A stretch of 64,000 nucleotides of DNA from Alphaproteobacteria bacterium. GTDB taxonomy: Bacteria > Pseudomonadota > Alphaproteobacteria > JAAXGF01. The notes below the pieces were generated by a model. It did no database searches. It saw only the letters and a list, made by a program, of their open reading frames with translations, and was not told the DNA's origin. The stretch is from assembly GCA_963555825.3 (NCBI GenBank), contig CAUVXB020000001.1:1984001-2048000 (forward strand). Direction: 5' to 3'. Every line of letters starts with the position of its first letter. Position 1 is the first letter of the stretch. Of this stretch, positions 7,907 to 17,633 are shown in pieces. A program made the position numbers and the translations under genes.

Positions 7907-9907
7907 CTAGGACCGCCGGCGTCGGCGTCGGCGCCCGCCGCTCTCTCCGTCATCGGGTTGGCTGATCGTCTTCGGTTCCGGCAGCGTCACGGCGGCAGCC
8001 AGGTTGGGAAAGGGCGCCGTCTTGTGCGGCAGCGCCATGGCCTCGACGAAATGCTCCTGGAAACGCGGCTCGATTGCGGTCTCGACCTTCTCGACCTCGC
8101 GCACGACCCGCTCGATCTCGCGGCGCGCCGCGCGGTTCAACAGCGCGATGCGCGCACCCGTGCCCGCCGCGTTGCCGGCGGCCGCGACCTTGGCCAAATC
8201 GCAGTCAGGGATCATGCCAAGCACCATGGCGTATTTGACGTCGATGTGGCTGCCGAAGGCGCCGGTCAACGTAATGCGATCCACAGTCTCGACGCCGGCG
8301 CGGTCCATCAGGAGCCGCGCGCCGGCATATAGCGCCGCCTTGGCGAGCTGGATCGCGCGCACGTCGTTCTGGGTGATGCGCAGCGTCGGCGGCCCCTCGA
8401 CCAGCGTGTAGGCGAAGGTACGGCCGTCGGCGACGATGTACGGGCAGCCTTCGGCGAGCGAGCCGTCGATCACCCCGTCGGTCGTGATGATGCCCGCGAG
8501 GTACATCTCGGCGATCGCCTCGATGATGCCCGAGCCGCAGACGCCGGTGATCTTGGCGTCGAATTCCGGGTCGTCGGACCATATCTCGCCGCCGATCACG
8601 GTGAAGCGCGGCGCCAGCGTCTCGCGATCGACGCGCACGCGCTCGATCGCGCCGGGCGCGGCGCGCTGGCCGCAGCTGATCTGCGCGCCCTCGAACGCCG
8701 GACCCGTCGGGCTCGACGCGGCGAGCAGGTGATCGCGGTTGCCGAGCACGATTTCGGCGTTGGTTCCGACGTCGACGACCAGCGTCATTTCGTCACCGAG
8801 ATGCGGCCCCTCGGCGAGGATGACGCCCGCCGTGTCGGCGCCGACATGGCCGGCGATGCACGGCAACACGTAGACGCGCGCGTTGGCGTAGAGGTGCAGG
8901 TCGAGCTCGCTCGCCCAGATGGTCAACGCCTCGCCGCTGGCGAGCGCGAACGGCGCGCCGCCGAGTTCGATCGGATCGATACCGAGGAGCAGGTGATGCA
9001 TTATCGGGTTGCCGACGAAGGTGACCTCGACGATGTCGTCGGTGCCGATGCCCGCCTCGGCGGCGACTTCGGCGGCGAGCTGGTCGACCGCCTCGCGCAC
9101 GACGCGCGTCATGTCGGCGTCGCCGCCCGGGTTCATCATGATGTAGGACACCCGGCTCATGAGGTCCTCGCCAAATCGGATCTGCGGGTTCATCGTGCCC
9201 GCCGCGGCGACCACCTCGCCGGTGCTCAGATCGCAGAGATGCGCGGCGATGGTGGTCGAACCGATGTCGACCGCCAGGCCATAGCTGCGATCGTGGAAGC
9301 CGGGCCAGATGGCGACGATCTGGGTCGCCTCGCGGACCGCCGCGGTGACTTTCCAGTCGCCCTCGCGCAAGGTGTCCTGAATATAGCGCAGCACGCGCAG
9401 GTCACTCGCCAGGTCAGCGAGTCCCCATTGCGCCTCGAGCGCCTCGATCAGGCGGCGCAGATCGGACGCCGGCTTGTGCATGTCGGGCGTCTCGACCTCG
9501 ACGTAGTGCAGGCGGACCACCGGGTCGAGTTCGATCTTGCGGGCGTCGGCGCGCTTGCGCACGAGCTGCTTGTGAACCTGGCTCTCGGCCGGCACGTCGA
9601 TCACGACGTCGCCGGTGACGCGCGCCTGACAGCTCAGCCGCCGGTCATCCGCCAGGCCGCGCTTCGACGCATAGCGCTGTTCGACGGCGGTCGCTTCCGA
9701 CAGGTTCTCGGCGCGCGATACGACGCCGTGCTTGGCGAATGCGCCTTCGCTGACGGTTACCTGGCAGCGGCCGCAGATGGCGCGCCCGCCGCACACCGAA
9801 TCGATGTCGACGCCCAATTCACGCGCCGCCTGCAGGAGCGGCGTGCCGAGCGCGAAGCGGTCGCGCCGGCCCGACGGCGTGAAGACGACGAGGGCGTCGT
9901 CAGACAC
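7907..9907 (-). CDS. ASKHA-domain reductive activator of corrinoid proteins (RamA/RACo-like) with N-terminal 2Fe-2S domain
   Basis: CGGRAICGRC...RLSC ferredoxin; DIGSTT, DVGTNAE, GPAFEG, GICGSG-like and GAFGS motifs. Confidence 0.9.
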   Translation of the reverse strand: MSDDALVVFTPSGRRDRFALGTPLLQAARELGVDIDSVCGGRAICGRCQVTVSEGAFAKHGVVSRAENLSEATAVEQRYASKRGLADDRRLSCQARVTGDVVIDVPAESQVHKQLVRKRADARKIELDPVVRLHYVEVETPDMHKPASDLRRLIEALEAQWGLADLASDLRVLRYIQDTLREGDWKVTAAVREATQIVAIWPGFHDRSYGLAVDIGSTTIAAHLCDLSTGEVVAAAGTMNPQIRFGEDLMSRVSYIMMNPGGDADMTRVVREAVDQLAAEVAAEAGIGTDDIVEVTFVGNPIMHHLLLGIDPIELGGAPFALASGEALTIWASELDLHLYANARVYVLPCIAGHVGADTAGVILAEGPHLGDEMTLVVDVGTNAEIVLGNRDHLLAASSPTGPAFEGAQISCGQRAAPGAIERVRVDRETLAPRFTVIGGEIWSDDPEFDAKITGVCGSGIIEAIAEMYLAGIITTDGVIDGSLAEGCPYIVADGRTFAYTLVEGPPTLRITQNDVRAIQLAKAALYAGARLLMDRAGVETVDRITLTGAFGSHIDVKYAMVLGMIPDCDLAKVAAAGNAAGTGARIALLNRAARREIERVVREVEKVETAIEPRFQEHFVEAMALPHKTAPFPNLAAAVTLPEPKTISQPDDGESGGRRRRRRRS

Positions 9908-10802
9908 GGCGGCGACGTCCCGTGCGGCGCACGCTGCCGTGGGCAACACCGTCGGCCGCGGGCACGCGGAACTTGCGGATCCAGCGGCGGCATTCCGGGT
10001 CGTGGCCCATCATCACGTCGGCGCCCATCGTCGAGATCATGACCTCGGCATGCAGCGGGTTGGTAATCGCCGAGGTCAGTCCGGCGCCGATCGCCATCGA
10101 CAGGAAGGCGCCGTTGAGGCCGTTGCGGCCAGGCAGGCCGAAGCTGATGTTCGATGCGCCGCAGCAGGAATTGACCTTCAGCTCCTCCTTCAGCCGGCGC
10201 ATGATCTGCATCGCCGTATGACCGGCCAGGTTGATCGCGCCGATCGGCATGATCAGCGGGTCGACGACGACGTCGGCGCGTGGAATACCGTGGTCCTCGG
10301 CGCGCTCGACGATCTTCTTGGCGATCTTGAAGCGCTCGTCCGGATCCTCGGAAATGCCGGTCTCGTCGTTCGAGATAGCGACCACCGCGGCGCCATATTT
10401 CTTGATTAGCGGCAACACCGATTCGAGGCGCTCCTCCTCGCCGGTTACCGAATTGACCAGTGCTTTGCCCTGATAGACTTCGAGCCCGCGCTCGAGCGCG
10501 GTGACGATCGAGGAATCGATCGACAGCGGCACGTCGGTGATCGATTGCACGAGCTGGATCGCCTCGCCAAGGATGCGCGGCTCGTCGGCCAGCGGGATGC
10601 CGGCGTTGACGTCGAGCATATGCGCGCCGGCCTCGACCTGCGCGATGGCGTCGGATTCGACCCGGCTGTAATCGCCCACCGCCATCTCGTCGGCGAGCAG
10701 CTTGCGCCCGGTCGGGTTGATGCGCTCGCCGATGACGACGAAGGGTCGGTCGAAGCCGATCACCACCTCTTTGGTGGCCGAGGAGAGAACAGTATCGGTC
10801 AT
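9900..10802 (-). CDS. methyltetrahydrofolate:corrinoid methyltransferase (pterin-binding, AcsE/MetH-domain-like)
   Basis: IGERINPTGRK, LDVNAG, SIDSS, NSVTGE, VVDPL, GASNISFGLP. Confidence 0.9.
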   Translation of the reverse strand: MTDTVLSSATKEVVIGFDRPFVVIGERINPTGRKLLADEMAVGDYSRVESDAIAQVEAGAHMLDVNAGIPLADEPRILGEAIQLVQSITDVPLSIDSSIVTALERGLEVYQGKALVNSVTGEEERLESVLPLIKKYGAAVVAISNDETGISEDPDERFKIAKKIVERAEDHGIPRADVVVDPLIMPIGAINLAGHTAMQIMRRLKEELKVNSCCGASNISFGLPGRNGLNGAFLSMAIGAGLTSAITNPLHAEVMISTMGADVMMGHDPECRRWIRKFRVPAADGVAHGSVRRTGRRRRV

Positions 10803-11830
10803 GTCGTGGAACCTGCTTTTTGCGAAACGTTGGAAGGCCTGTGCGCACGCTTGCCCGGATGTTGCGGGCGCCGGCCGTGCAGCACGCCGGATTGGGTGAT
10901 GATCTCGGAGACCAGCTCTTCCTGACGATAAGCCATGACGTGGACGCCCGCGACTCCTTCGATCTCTTTTATCTGCTGGATCAGCTCGATACACACCAGC
11001 TTGCCCTCGAGCTTGGGATTCTCGGCGCCGTCGAGGCGCTCGATCACGGCATCGGGGATATGCACGCCCGGCACGTTACTTCGAATCCAGCGCGCCGCCC
11101 GGGGCGACGCCAGCGGCCCGACGCCGACCAGAATGTAGCAGCGCTCGTGCAGGCCCATGTCGCGCACCCGCGTCATGAAGCGTTTCAGGAGCTCGATATC
11201 GAAGCAGTACTGGGTCTGCACGAACTGGGCGCCCGCGGCGATCTTCTTGGCCAGCCTGACCGGTCTAAAATCGTAGGGCGGCACGAACGGGTTTGACGCG
11301 GCGCCCAGGAACACGCGCGGCGGCACTTTAAGCTTACGACCCGACAGAAAGGTGCCCTCGTCGCGCATCAAACGAATGGTTTGCAAGAGCGAGATGCTGT
11401 CCAGATCGAACACCGGCTTGGCACCCGGTTGGTCGCCCGCCTGCACACCGTCACCGGTCAGGCAAAGGATATTGCACACGCCCATCGCCGCCGCGCCGAG
11501 CACATCGCCCTGGATGGCGATGCGGTTGCGGTCACGGCATGAGATCTGCATCACCGGCGCGTAGCCGGCGCCGGTCAACAGTGCGCAAATGCCGACGCTC
11601 GACATATGGGTGTTGGCACCCGACGCATCGGTCGCGTTGATCGCGTCGCAGACCTCCGACAGCACCAGGGCGCGCTCGTAGACCTCGCGCGGATCGGCCG
11701 AATCCGGCGGGTTGAGCTCCGCGGTCACGGCGAACTTACCGGACCGCAGCACGCGCTCCAGACGGCCGGTCGAATCGTGGCCCGGTGGCACCAGATTCGG
11801 CGCCGAAGGCTCACGCGGGTCGTGCAGCAT
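10799..11830 (-). CDS. metF: methylenetetrahydrofolate reductase, copy 1
   Basis: TAELNPP, NATD, CRDRNRIAIQG, LTGD, KKIAAGAQFVQTQ. Confidence 0.88.
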   Translation of the reverse strand: MLHDPREPSAPNLVPPGHDSTGRLERVLRSGKFAVTAELNPPDSADPREVYERALVLSEVCDAINATDASGANTHMSSVGICALLTGAGYAPVMQISCRDRNRIAIQGDVLGAAAMGVCNILCLTGDGVQAGDQPGAKPVFDLDSISLLQTIRLMRDEGTFLSGRKLKVPPRVFLGAASNPFVPPYDFRPVRLAKKIAAGAQFVQTQYCFDIELLKRFMTRVRDMGLHERCYILVGVGPLASPRAARWIRSNVPGVHIPDAVIERLDGAENPKLEGKLVCIELIQQIKEIEGVAGVHVMAYRQEELVSEIITQSGVLHGRRPQHPGKRAHRPSNVSQKAGSTT

Positions 11831-12297
11831 CAGTCGGCCTCATCGCTACGTTCGGCCGCCGCTTCGCGGGTTACACGCAGCCACGACGAAGTGCCGGCGA
11901 CGTTATGCTCGACCGGCGGCTGTACTTCGCCGATCGCCATGCCTTTCGCCATGCGCTGGGCGCCGTCCCACGCTTCGACCCAGACGCAGCGCATCTCGGG
12001 CTTGACCTCGCAGTTGCCGTTCTCCCGGACGCCGCCGCACGGGCCATTGCGTAATGTCTTGGGGCAGTTCATCGGACACGACATGCCGGTCGAGCTGAGC
12101 GCGCAGAGGCCGCACATCTGGCAGTCGAACAGGAACCCCTTAATGCCGCTCTCGACAGCGGCCACCGGACGCTCGAGCCGGCCGTAGCCGATCCGCTTCA
12201 ACAGTGGATGCAGGCCCAGCAGCGTCGCCGCGAACAGGTCGTAGAACCGTTCGAGAAACGACGCGTGCCGCACCGACCAGTGACGTGCAGCGTACAT
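11830..12297 (-). CDS. Cys-rich MTHFR-associated subunit (MetV / MTHFR_C-like)
   Basis: CQMCGLC, CPMNCPK, NGPCGG, CEV...CVW pattern. Confidence 0.85.
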   Translation of the reverse strand: MYAARHWSVRHASFLERFYDLFAATLLGLHPLLKRIGYGRLERPVAAVESGIKGFLFDCQMCGLCALSSTGMSCPMNCPKTLRNGPCGGVRENGNCEVKPEMRCVWVEAWDGAQRMAKGMAIGEVQPPVEHNVAGTSSWLRVTREAAAERSDEAD

Positions 12298-12309
12298 GAC
12301 GGTCTTTCT

Positions 12310-13257
12310 TTAACCCAACGCCCGGCGGTTGGCGACGACGCCCGATTCCGTGACCACCGCGGCGATGCCTTCTTCCTGGCGTGGCGCCATGAAATGCGCG
12401 CCCGACACGCCGTCAATCTCTTGAAATGCCTGCAACAGCTCGGCGCAGATCATGCGGCCTTCGGCGCGTTGGTCCTCAGCGCCCTCGAGACGCGCGATCA
12501 TCGCCTCGGGAATGTTCACGCCGAACAGGTTGTCGTTCATCCAGCGTGCTGACTTCGCCGAGGCGAACGGTCCGATGCCGACGATGAAGAACGCCCGGTC
12601 GAAGACACCGTGATCGCCGAGCCGCACCATATAGCGCCGCAGCACATCGATATCGAAGCAGTACTGGGTCTGGAAGAACTGCGTACCGGCGTCGATCTTG
12701 GCGAGCACGCCCTCCGGCGTCCAATCGTCGGGCACATCGCGCGGGCTATCGGCGGCGCCGATGAACAGCCCGGGCGGCGGATCGATCTTGCGGCCGCTGG
12801 GCAAGGCGCCCGCGTTCAACGCGTGCGCCGTCGCGATAATGCCCCGGCTGTCGAGGTCGTAGACCGGCGCCGCGTCGGGCTGGTCGCCGTTCTTGGGATC
12901 GTCGCCGTGCAGGCAGAGGATATTCGTGATGCCCAGCGCCGCGGCGCCGATCAGATCGCCCTGGATCGCCAGGCGGTTGCGATCGCGGGCGGTGAACTGA
13001 AGCACCGGCTCGATATCGTCGCGCGCCATCACGGCGGCGCAGGCGAGCGCCGACATATGCGTCCTGGCGCCGGCGCCGTCGGTCACGTTGATGGCGTCGA
13101 CGACGCCCTTGAGCGGCGCGACCTTGGCCAGCACGTCGGCCGGGTCCGACGAATCGGGCGGCGTCGTCTCGGCGGTCACGACGAACGCGCCCTGGCGCAG
13201 CGCGTTCTCCAGGCGACCGGGCGCGGCTAGCGGGCCGCAGATTGCCGGCGCGTTCAT
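12310..13257 (-). CDS. metF: methylenetetrahydrofolate reductase, copy 2
   Basis: TAETTPP, INVTDGAGA, RDRNRLAIQG, LHGDD, KIDAGTQFFQTQ. Confidence 0.85.
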   Translation of the reverse strand: MNAPAICGPLAAPGRLENALRQGAFVVTAETTPPDSSDPADVLAKVAPLKGVVDAINVTDGAGARTHMSALACAAVMARDDIEPVLQFTARDRNRLAIQGDLIGAAALGITNILCLHGDDPKNGDQPDAAPVYDLDSRGIIATAHALNAGALPSGRKIDPPPGLFIGAADSPRDVPDDWTPEGVLAKIDAGTQFFQTQYCFDIDVLRRYMVRLGDHGVFDRAFFIVGIGPFASAKSARWMNDNLFGVNIPEAMIARLEGAEDQRAEGRMICAELLQAFQEIDGVSGAHFMAPRQEEGIAAVVTESGVVANRRALG

Positions 13258-13258
13258 G

Positions 13259-13561
13259 TCAATCGGTCTCCTGCCCGCCCGAGGCGACCAGCTTGGCCAG
13301 CCGTTCGTCGGTAAAGCTCTCTTCGATCCGCGCGGCGGCGGCTTCGGCCTCGGCTTCGAGGTCATCGCCGCAGGGCGACCGTTCGCCACGGCGCCACTCG
13401 GCAAGATAGGCGTCGGTGTCACGGTTCCCCGATCGCATGGCGGCACGGTCGATGGCCTTCTCGAACCGCTCCGTCAGTATGCGTTTGGCCTTCTTGCGTC
13501 CCTGAAGAGCGATGACCTGGGCCGGAATATCACGCCAGTAGAGGATCTCGATCTGCGCCAT
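13259..13561 (-). CDS. small conserved protein ('virulence factor' family) typical of corrinoid clusters
   Basis: YWRDIPAQV...RFEKAIDRAAM...DAYLAEWRR. Confidence 0.8.
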   Translation of the reverse strand: MAQIEILYWRDIPAQVIALQGRKKAKRILTERFEKAIDRAAMRSGNRDTDAYLAEWRRGERSPCGDDLEAEAEAAAARIEESFTDERLAKLVASGGQETD

Positions 13562-14168
13562 TCGTTGCCCCCTCGAGGCTCGCGGTATTCAGGAAACGAC
13601 CGAGTTCGCCATAGCCCGTGTAGCGGTATTCATACGCGAGCCCGAGTCGGTCGGCGGCGGCCTTGGCCCGCTCGACGAGCCCGGCGTCCTCGATCTGGGC
13701 CAGGTAGACGAGCTTGCGATAGTTGCCGAAGTAGTCACCGAGTAGCTGAGGATAGCGGTCGAGGCCGAGACCCCGCAGGATCAACAGATCGAAATGGCGC
13801 ACCAGATAGTCGGTCAGGAAGAACGACCCCGGTTCGTCGTCCATCAGGGCCTCGAAGTTGGTCTCGCCGGCGTAGAACTGGTAGCAGTGCGGGCCGGCGA
13901 TCCGCTCGACACCCTCTTCGGCCAGAACCTCGTCCAGCAGCCCGCCGGTGCCGCAGTCGCCGTAGACGACGACGACCCGGTCGTGGCTGATTCGTGCCGC
14001 GCGAATTTTGGCGCGCACCGCTTCGGGGATCTTATCCGGCGTGTTGTGGTAATGCGCCGGCACGCAGCTGATCGACATATGGGACCAACCGTTGACGCGA
14101 ATCAGCTCGGCGATTTCCCAGGCGAGCGCGCCGCAGGCGATCAGCTGCGTCGACGGCGATCGGTCCAC
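13530..14168 (-). CDS. DUF1638 domain protein
   Basis: IACGAL, PAHYHN.P, YGDCGTGG, GPHCY, FFLTDYL; corrinoid-cluster context. Confidence 0.85.
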   Translation of the reverse strand: MDRSPSTQLIACGALAWEIAELIRVNGWSHMSISCVPAHYHNTPDKIPEAVRAKIRAARISHDRVVVVYGDCGTGGLLDEVLAEEGVERIAGPHCYQFYAGETNFEALMDDEPGSFFLTDYLVRHFDLLILRGLGLDRYPQLLGDYFGNYRKLVYLAQIEDAGLVERAKAAADRLGLAYEYRYTGYGELGRFLNTASLEGATNGADRDPLLA

Positions 14169-14174
14169 CTGCGC

Positions 14175-14894
14175 TCAACTCCCGCTGGCGGCGAGATTGG
14201 CTTCCATCGACCCCTGACGACTGGCCAACAGTTCCTTGGCGGTCTCGACCGCGGTCGCCGCGTCGCGGCAATAGGCGTCGGCGCCGACGCTTTCGGCGAA
14301 TGCCTCGTTCAGAGGTGCGCCGCCGACCATCACGATGTGGTCGTTGCGGATGCCCATCTCGATCATCGTGTCAATGACGACTTTCATATACGGCATGGTC
14401 GTGGTCAGCAGCGCCGACATGCCGAGAATGTCGGGCTGATGCTCCTCGATCGCCTCGAGGTAGTTCTCGACTGGGTTGTTGACGCCGATGTTGATGACCT
14501 CGAAGCCGGCGCCCTCCATCATCATCGCCACCAGGTTCTTACCGATGTCGTGGATGTCGCCCTTGACGGTGCCGATGACCATCTTGCCCGTCTTGGGTGC
14601 GCCGGTCTCCGCGAGCAGCGGGCGCAGGATAACCATGCCCGCCTTCATGGCGTTGGCGGCAAGCAAAACCTCGGGCACGAACAGAATGCCGTCGCGGAAA
14701 TCGATGCCGACGATCTTCATGCCCGCGACCAGCGCTTCGGTCAGCGTCGCGTATGGCGTCCAGCCTCGACCGAGCAGGATTTCCGTGCCCTCTACGATCT
14801 CGTCCGCGAGACCGTCATAGAGGTCCTCGTGCATCTGTAGCACGAGCTCTTCATCATCCAATGCTGCGAGATCAATATCGTCGTCGTCAGCCAT
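14175..14894 (-). CDS. cobalamin-binding corrinoid protein
   Basis: GTVKGDIHDIGKNLV (DxHxxG), SALLTTTM, VGGAP. Confidence 0.93.
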   Translation of the reverse strand: MADDDDIDLAALDDEELVLQMHEDLYDGLADEIVEGTEILLGRGWTPYATLTEALVAGMKIVGIDFRDGILFVPEVLLAANAMKAGMVILRPLLAETGAPKTGKMVIGTVKGDIHDIGKNLVAMMMEGAGFEVINIGVNNPVENYLEAIEEHQPDILGMSALLTTTMPYMKVVIDTMIEMGIRNDHIVMVGGAPLNEAFAESVGADAYCRDAATAVETAKELLASRQGSMEANLAASGS

Positions 14895-14915
14895 CGTCAA
14901 ACTCCACTGAAGGCC

Positions 14916-14963
14916 AAGCGAATTCAGGGCGCATTAGAAAGCGAATTCAGGGCGCATTAGAAA
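14916..14963. repeat. perfect 23-bp tandem duplication
   Basis: aagcgaattcagggcgcattaga twice (14916-14938, 14939-14961) plus aa. Confidence 0.95.
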
Positions 14964-15026
14964 ACGTCGGTATCGTGATCGCAAGTACCAGTTAAATTCA
15001 CCTTTGCGCCACTGCTAACACACTTG

Positions 15027-15053
15027 CGACATTCTCTATTCGTAAAACGACAT
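15027..15053. promoter_or_regulatory. candidate GlxA/GbdR-type operator (CGACAT-N15-CGACAT)
   Basis: Direct hexamer repeat at 15027 and 15048 in the divergent promoter between the corrinoid operon and the MttB-family gene. Confidence 0.5.
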
Positions 15054-15183
15054 CGCGTTGATTTCAATGACCGCCCGGCGGCGCGCCGCGTTTTGACGTG
15101 GCAGGCGTTGCGTTCGTGGTGTATCACGCCATGAGCGTTGCCGGCGCCGCGTGGCCGGGCAAACTCCGACCGGGAGACTGAAA

Positions 15184-16713
15184 GTGGCGGCTGAACGGAA
15201 ACGGGGCGGCGGCCGGGCGGCCCGGCGGAAGCGCCGGCTCGGCGCGCCGATCGTCCAGCGACGCTACATCACGCGCGACATCCCGCTGTACGAGCTGCTC
15301 GACGCCGAGGGCATCGAGATCATCCACGAGAACTCGATGACCATCCTCGAGGAGATCGGCGTCGAGTTCCGCGACGACGACGCGCTCGAGCGCTGGCGCG
15401 CCGCCGGCGCCGAGGTATCCGACAGCCGCGTGCGCATCCCGCGCGAGCTGGCGATGGCGACCCTGGCGCTGGCGCCGTCCGAGTTCACCCAGCACGCGCG
15501 CAACCCCGAGCGCAATATCGTCGTCGGCGGACGTCACACGGTGTTCGCGCCGACTTACGGCTCGCCCTTCGTGCGCGACCTCGACGGCGAGCGCCGTTAC
15601 GGCACGCTCGAGGACCTGCATAACTTTGTCAAACTCACCTATATGACGCCCGTGCTGCACCATTCGGGCGGTGTCATTTGCGAGCCCGTCGACGTGCCGG
15701 TTCCCAAGCGCCACCTCGACATCGTCTACAGCCACATCAAATATTCCGACAAACCGTTCATGGGCATGGTGACGGCCGGCTCGCGCGCCGAGGACACGGT
15801 GGCACTGTGCAAGGTCTTGTTCGGCGACGACTTCGTCGAGGACAACACCGTTCTGATCTCGGTGACCAATTGCAACTCGCCGCTGGTCTGGGACGCGACC
15901 ATGCTGGCGGCGCTCAGGATTTACGCCCAGCACAACCAAGCGGTGCTGGTCACGCCCTTCATCATGGCCGGCGCCATGAGCCCGGCGTCGACGGCCGGCG
16001 CGATCGCCCAGCTCAACGCCGAGGCTATCGCCGGCATGTGCTTCGCCCAGCTCGTCCGGCCCGGCGCGCCGGTCGTCTACGGCAACTTCGTCACGACCGT
16101 CTCGATGCAGTCGGGCGCCCCGGTCATGGGCACGCCCGAGCCCGCCATGATGATTTACGTCACCGCCCAACTCGCGCGGCGCTACGGCGTGCCGATCCGC
16201 ACCGGCGGCATGTTGACCGGGTCAAAGCTTGCGGACGCGCAAGCCGCCTACGAATCGGTGCAGACCATGATTCCCACGCTCATGGCGGGCACCAATTTCG
16301 TGCTGCATTCGGCGGGCTGGCTCGAGGCGGGCTTGAGCGCCGGCTACGCCAAGTTCGTCCTCGATACCGACCAGATCGCCATGCTCGACGTCTTTGCCGG
16401 CAACGTCGATCTATCGACCGAGGCCCAGGCGATGGACGCCGTGCGCGAGGTCGGGCCGGGCAGCCACTATCTCGGCTGCGCGCACACCCAGCGCAATTAC
16501 GAGACCGCCTTCTACCGGCCCTTCACCGCCGACAACAACAGCTTCGAGCAATGGCTCGACGAGGGTGGCAAGGACGCGACCACCCGCGCGCACGAGACCG
16601 CCCGGAACATGCTCGATGCCTACGAGGCACCACCGCTCGATCCCGGTGTCGACGAGGCGCTCCGCGACTTCATCGCCCGACGCAAGGCCGAGCTTCCCGA
16701 CGGCGTTACCTGA
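15184..16713 (+). CDS. MttB-family (trimethylamine methyltransferase superfamily) corrinoid methyltransferase, non-pyrrolysine
   Basis: ARNP, PTYGSPFV, CEPVDVP, SDKPFMG, NCNSPLVWD, PFIMAGAMSP, DAQAAYES, HSAGWLE; no in-frame amber codon. Confidence 0.92.
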   Translation: MAAERKRGGGRAARRKRRLGAPIVQRRYITRDIPLYELLDAEGIEIIHENSMTILEEIGVEFRDDDALERWRAAGAEVSDSRVRIPRELAMATLALAPSEFTQHARNPERNIVVGGRHTVFAPTYGSPFVRDLDGERRYGTLEDLHNFVKLTYMTPVLHHSGGVICEPVDVPVPKRHLDIVYSHIKYSDKPFMGMVTAGSRAEDTVALCKVLFGDDFVEDNTVLISVTNCNSPLVWDATMLAALRIYAQHNQAVLVTPFIMAGAMSPASTAGAIAQLNAEAIAGMCFAQLVRPGAPVVYGNFVTTVSMQSGAPVMGTPEPAMMIYVTAQLARRYGVPIRTGGMLTGSKLADAQAAYESVQTMIPTLMAGTNFVLHSAGWLEAGLSAGYAKFVLDTDQIAMLDVFAGNVDLSTEAQAMDAVREVGPGSHYLGCAHTQRNYETAFYRPFTADNNSFEQWLDEGGKDATTRAHETARNMLDAYEAPPLDPGVDEALRDFIARRKAELPDGVT

Positions 16714-16717
16714 CGCG

Positions 16718-17626
16718 ATGAGTCCGAAATGCGGCGCTGCCGCGGCGCGCGATCCGCTCTACGCGCGCGGCATCGTTCTCGTCATGCTCGCCGGCGGCTT
16801 CTGGAGCCTGGGCGGCATTCTCGTCCGGCTCGTCGAGCAGGCCGGCGGCTGGCAGATCCTCATGATCCGCTCGATCGCGCTCTCACTCACGCTGTTCTGC
16901 GTACTCGCCGTGCGCCATCGCGGCGGCGTCTGGGCGGAGTTCCGCAAGGCCGGCCGCGCCGTGGTGATCGGCGGCCTGTGCCTCGGCGTGGCGTTCGCCG
17001 GGTTCGTCTTCGCGCTGCTCAACACGACGGTGGCGAACACGGTGTTCATCATGTGCGCGTCGCCGTTCTTCACCGCACCGCTCGCCTGGCTGGTGCTTGG
17101 CGAACGGGTGCGCCGGGCGACCTGGATCGCGATGGTCTTCGCGATCACCGGGGTCGGCGTCATGGTCGCCGACGGCGTTGGCACTGGCGCGCTGTTCGGC
17201 AACGTCGTCGCCATCGTCTCGACCGTCGCCTTCGCCGGCTTCGCCGTGTCGCTGCGCGCGGGCCGCGATGTCGACATGCTGCCGCTGATCTGCCTGGCCG
17301 GCGTGTTCACCGCTATCGCCAGCGCGGGCCTGAGCGAAAACTTCGTCTACACGCCGCGCGATCTGGCGCTGTGCGTGGTCATGGGCGTGGTCCAGATCGG
17401 CATCGGCATGACGCTGTTCACGATCGGCTCGCGTCACGTGCCGGCGACCGAGCTCACGCTCTTGGCGCTGACCGAGGTGGTGCTCGCCCCGCTCTGGGTG
17501 TGGCTCGCGCTCGACGAGGTGCCAACCGCCCTCACGCTGGTCGGCGGCACCATCGTGCTCGCGGCGATCATCGGCCAGGCGCTCTCCCGGCCGCGCCGCA
17601 AACCGCCGCCGATCGGCGCCGTCTAG
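16718..17626 (+). CDS. DMT/EamA family transporter
   Basis: About 10 hydrophobic segments, SPFFTAPLAWLVLGE and EVVLAPLWVWLALDE. Confidence 0.88.
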   Translation: MSPKCGAAAARDPLYARGIVLVMLAGGFWSLGGILVRLVEQAGGWQILMIRSIALSLTLFCVLAVRHRGGVWAEFRKAGRAVVIGGLCLGVAFAGFVFALLNTTVANTVFIMCASPFFTAPLAWLVLGERVRRATWIAMVFAITGVGVMVADGVGTGALFGNVVAIVSTVAFAGFAVSLRAGRDVDMLPLICLAGVFTAIASAGLSENFVYTPRDLALCVVMGVVQIGIGMTLFTIGSRHVPATELTLLALTEVVLAPLWVWLALDEVPTALTLVGGTIVLAAIIGQALSRPRRKPPPIGAV

Positions 17627-17633
17627 CCCGAGC

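Noticed and set aside
14916-14963. CRISPR array
   Set aside because: Only two directly adjacent copies, no spacers, no cas genes.
14900-15183. Cobalamin riboswitch upstream of the corrinoid operon
   Set aside because: No recognisable B12-box consensus on either strand.
15184-16713. Pyrrolysine-containing MttB
   Set aside because: The ORF is full length with no in-frame TAG; no pyl genes seen.
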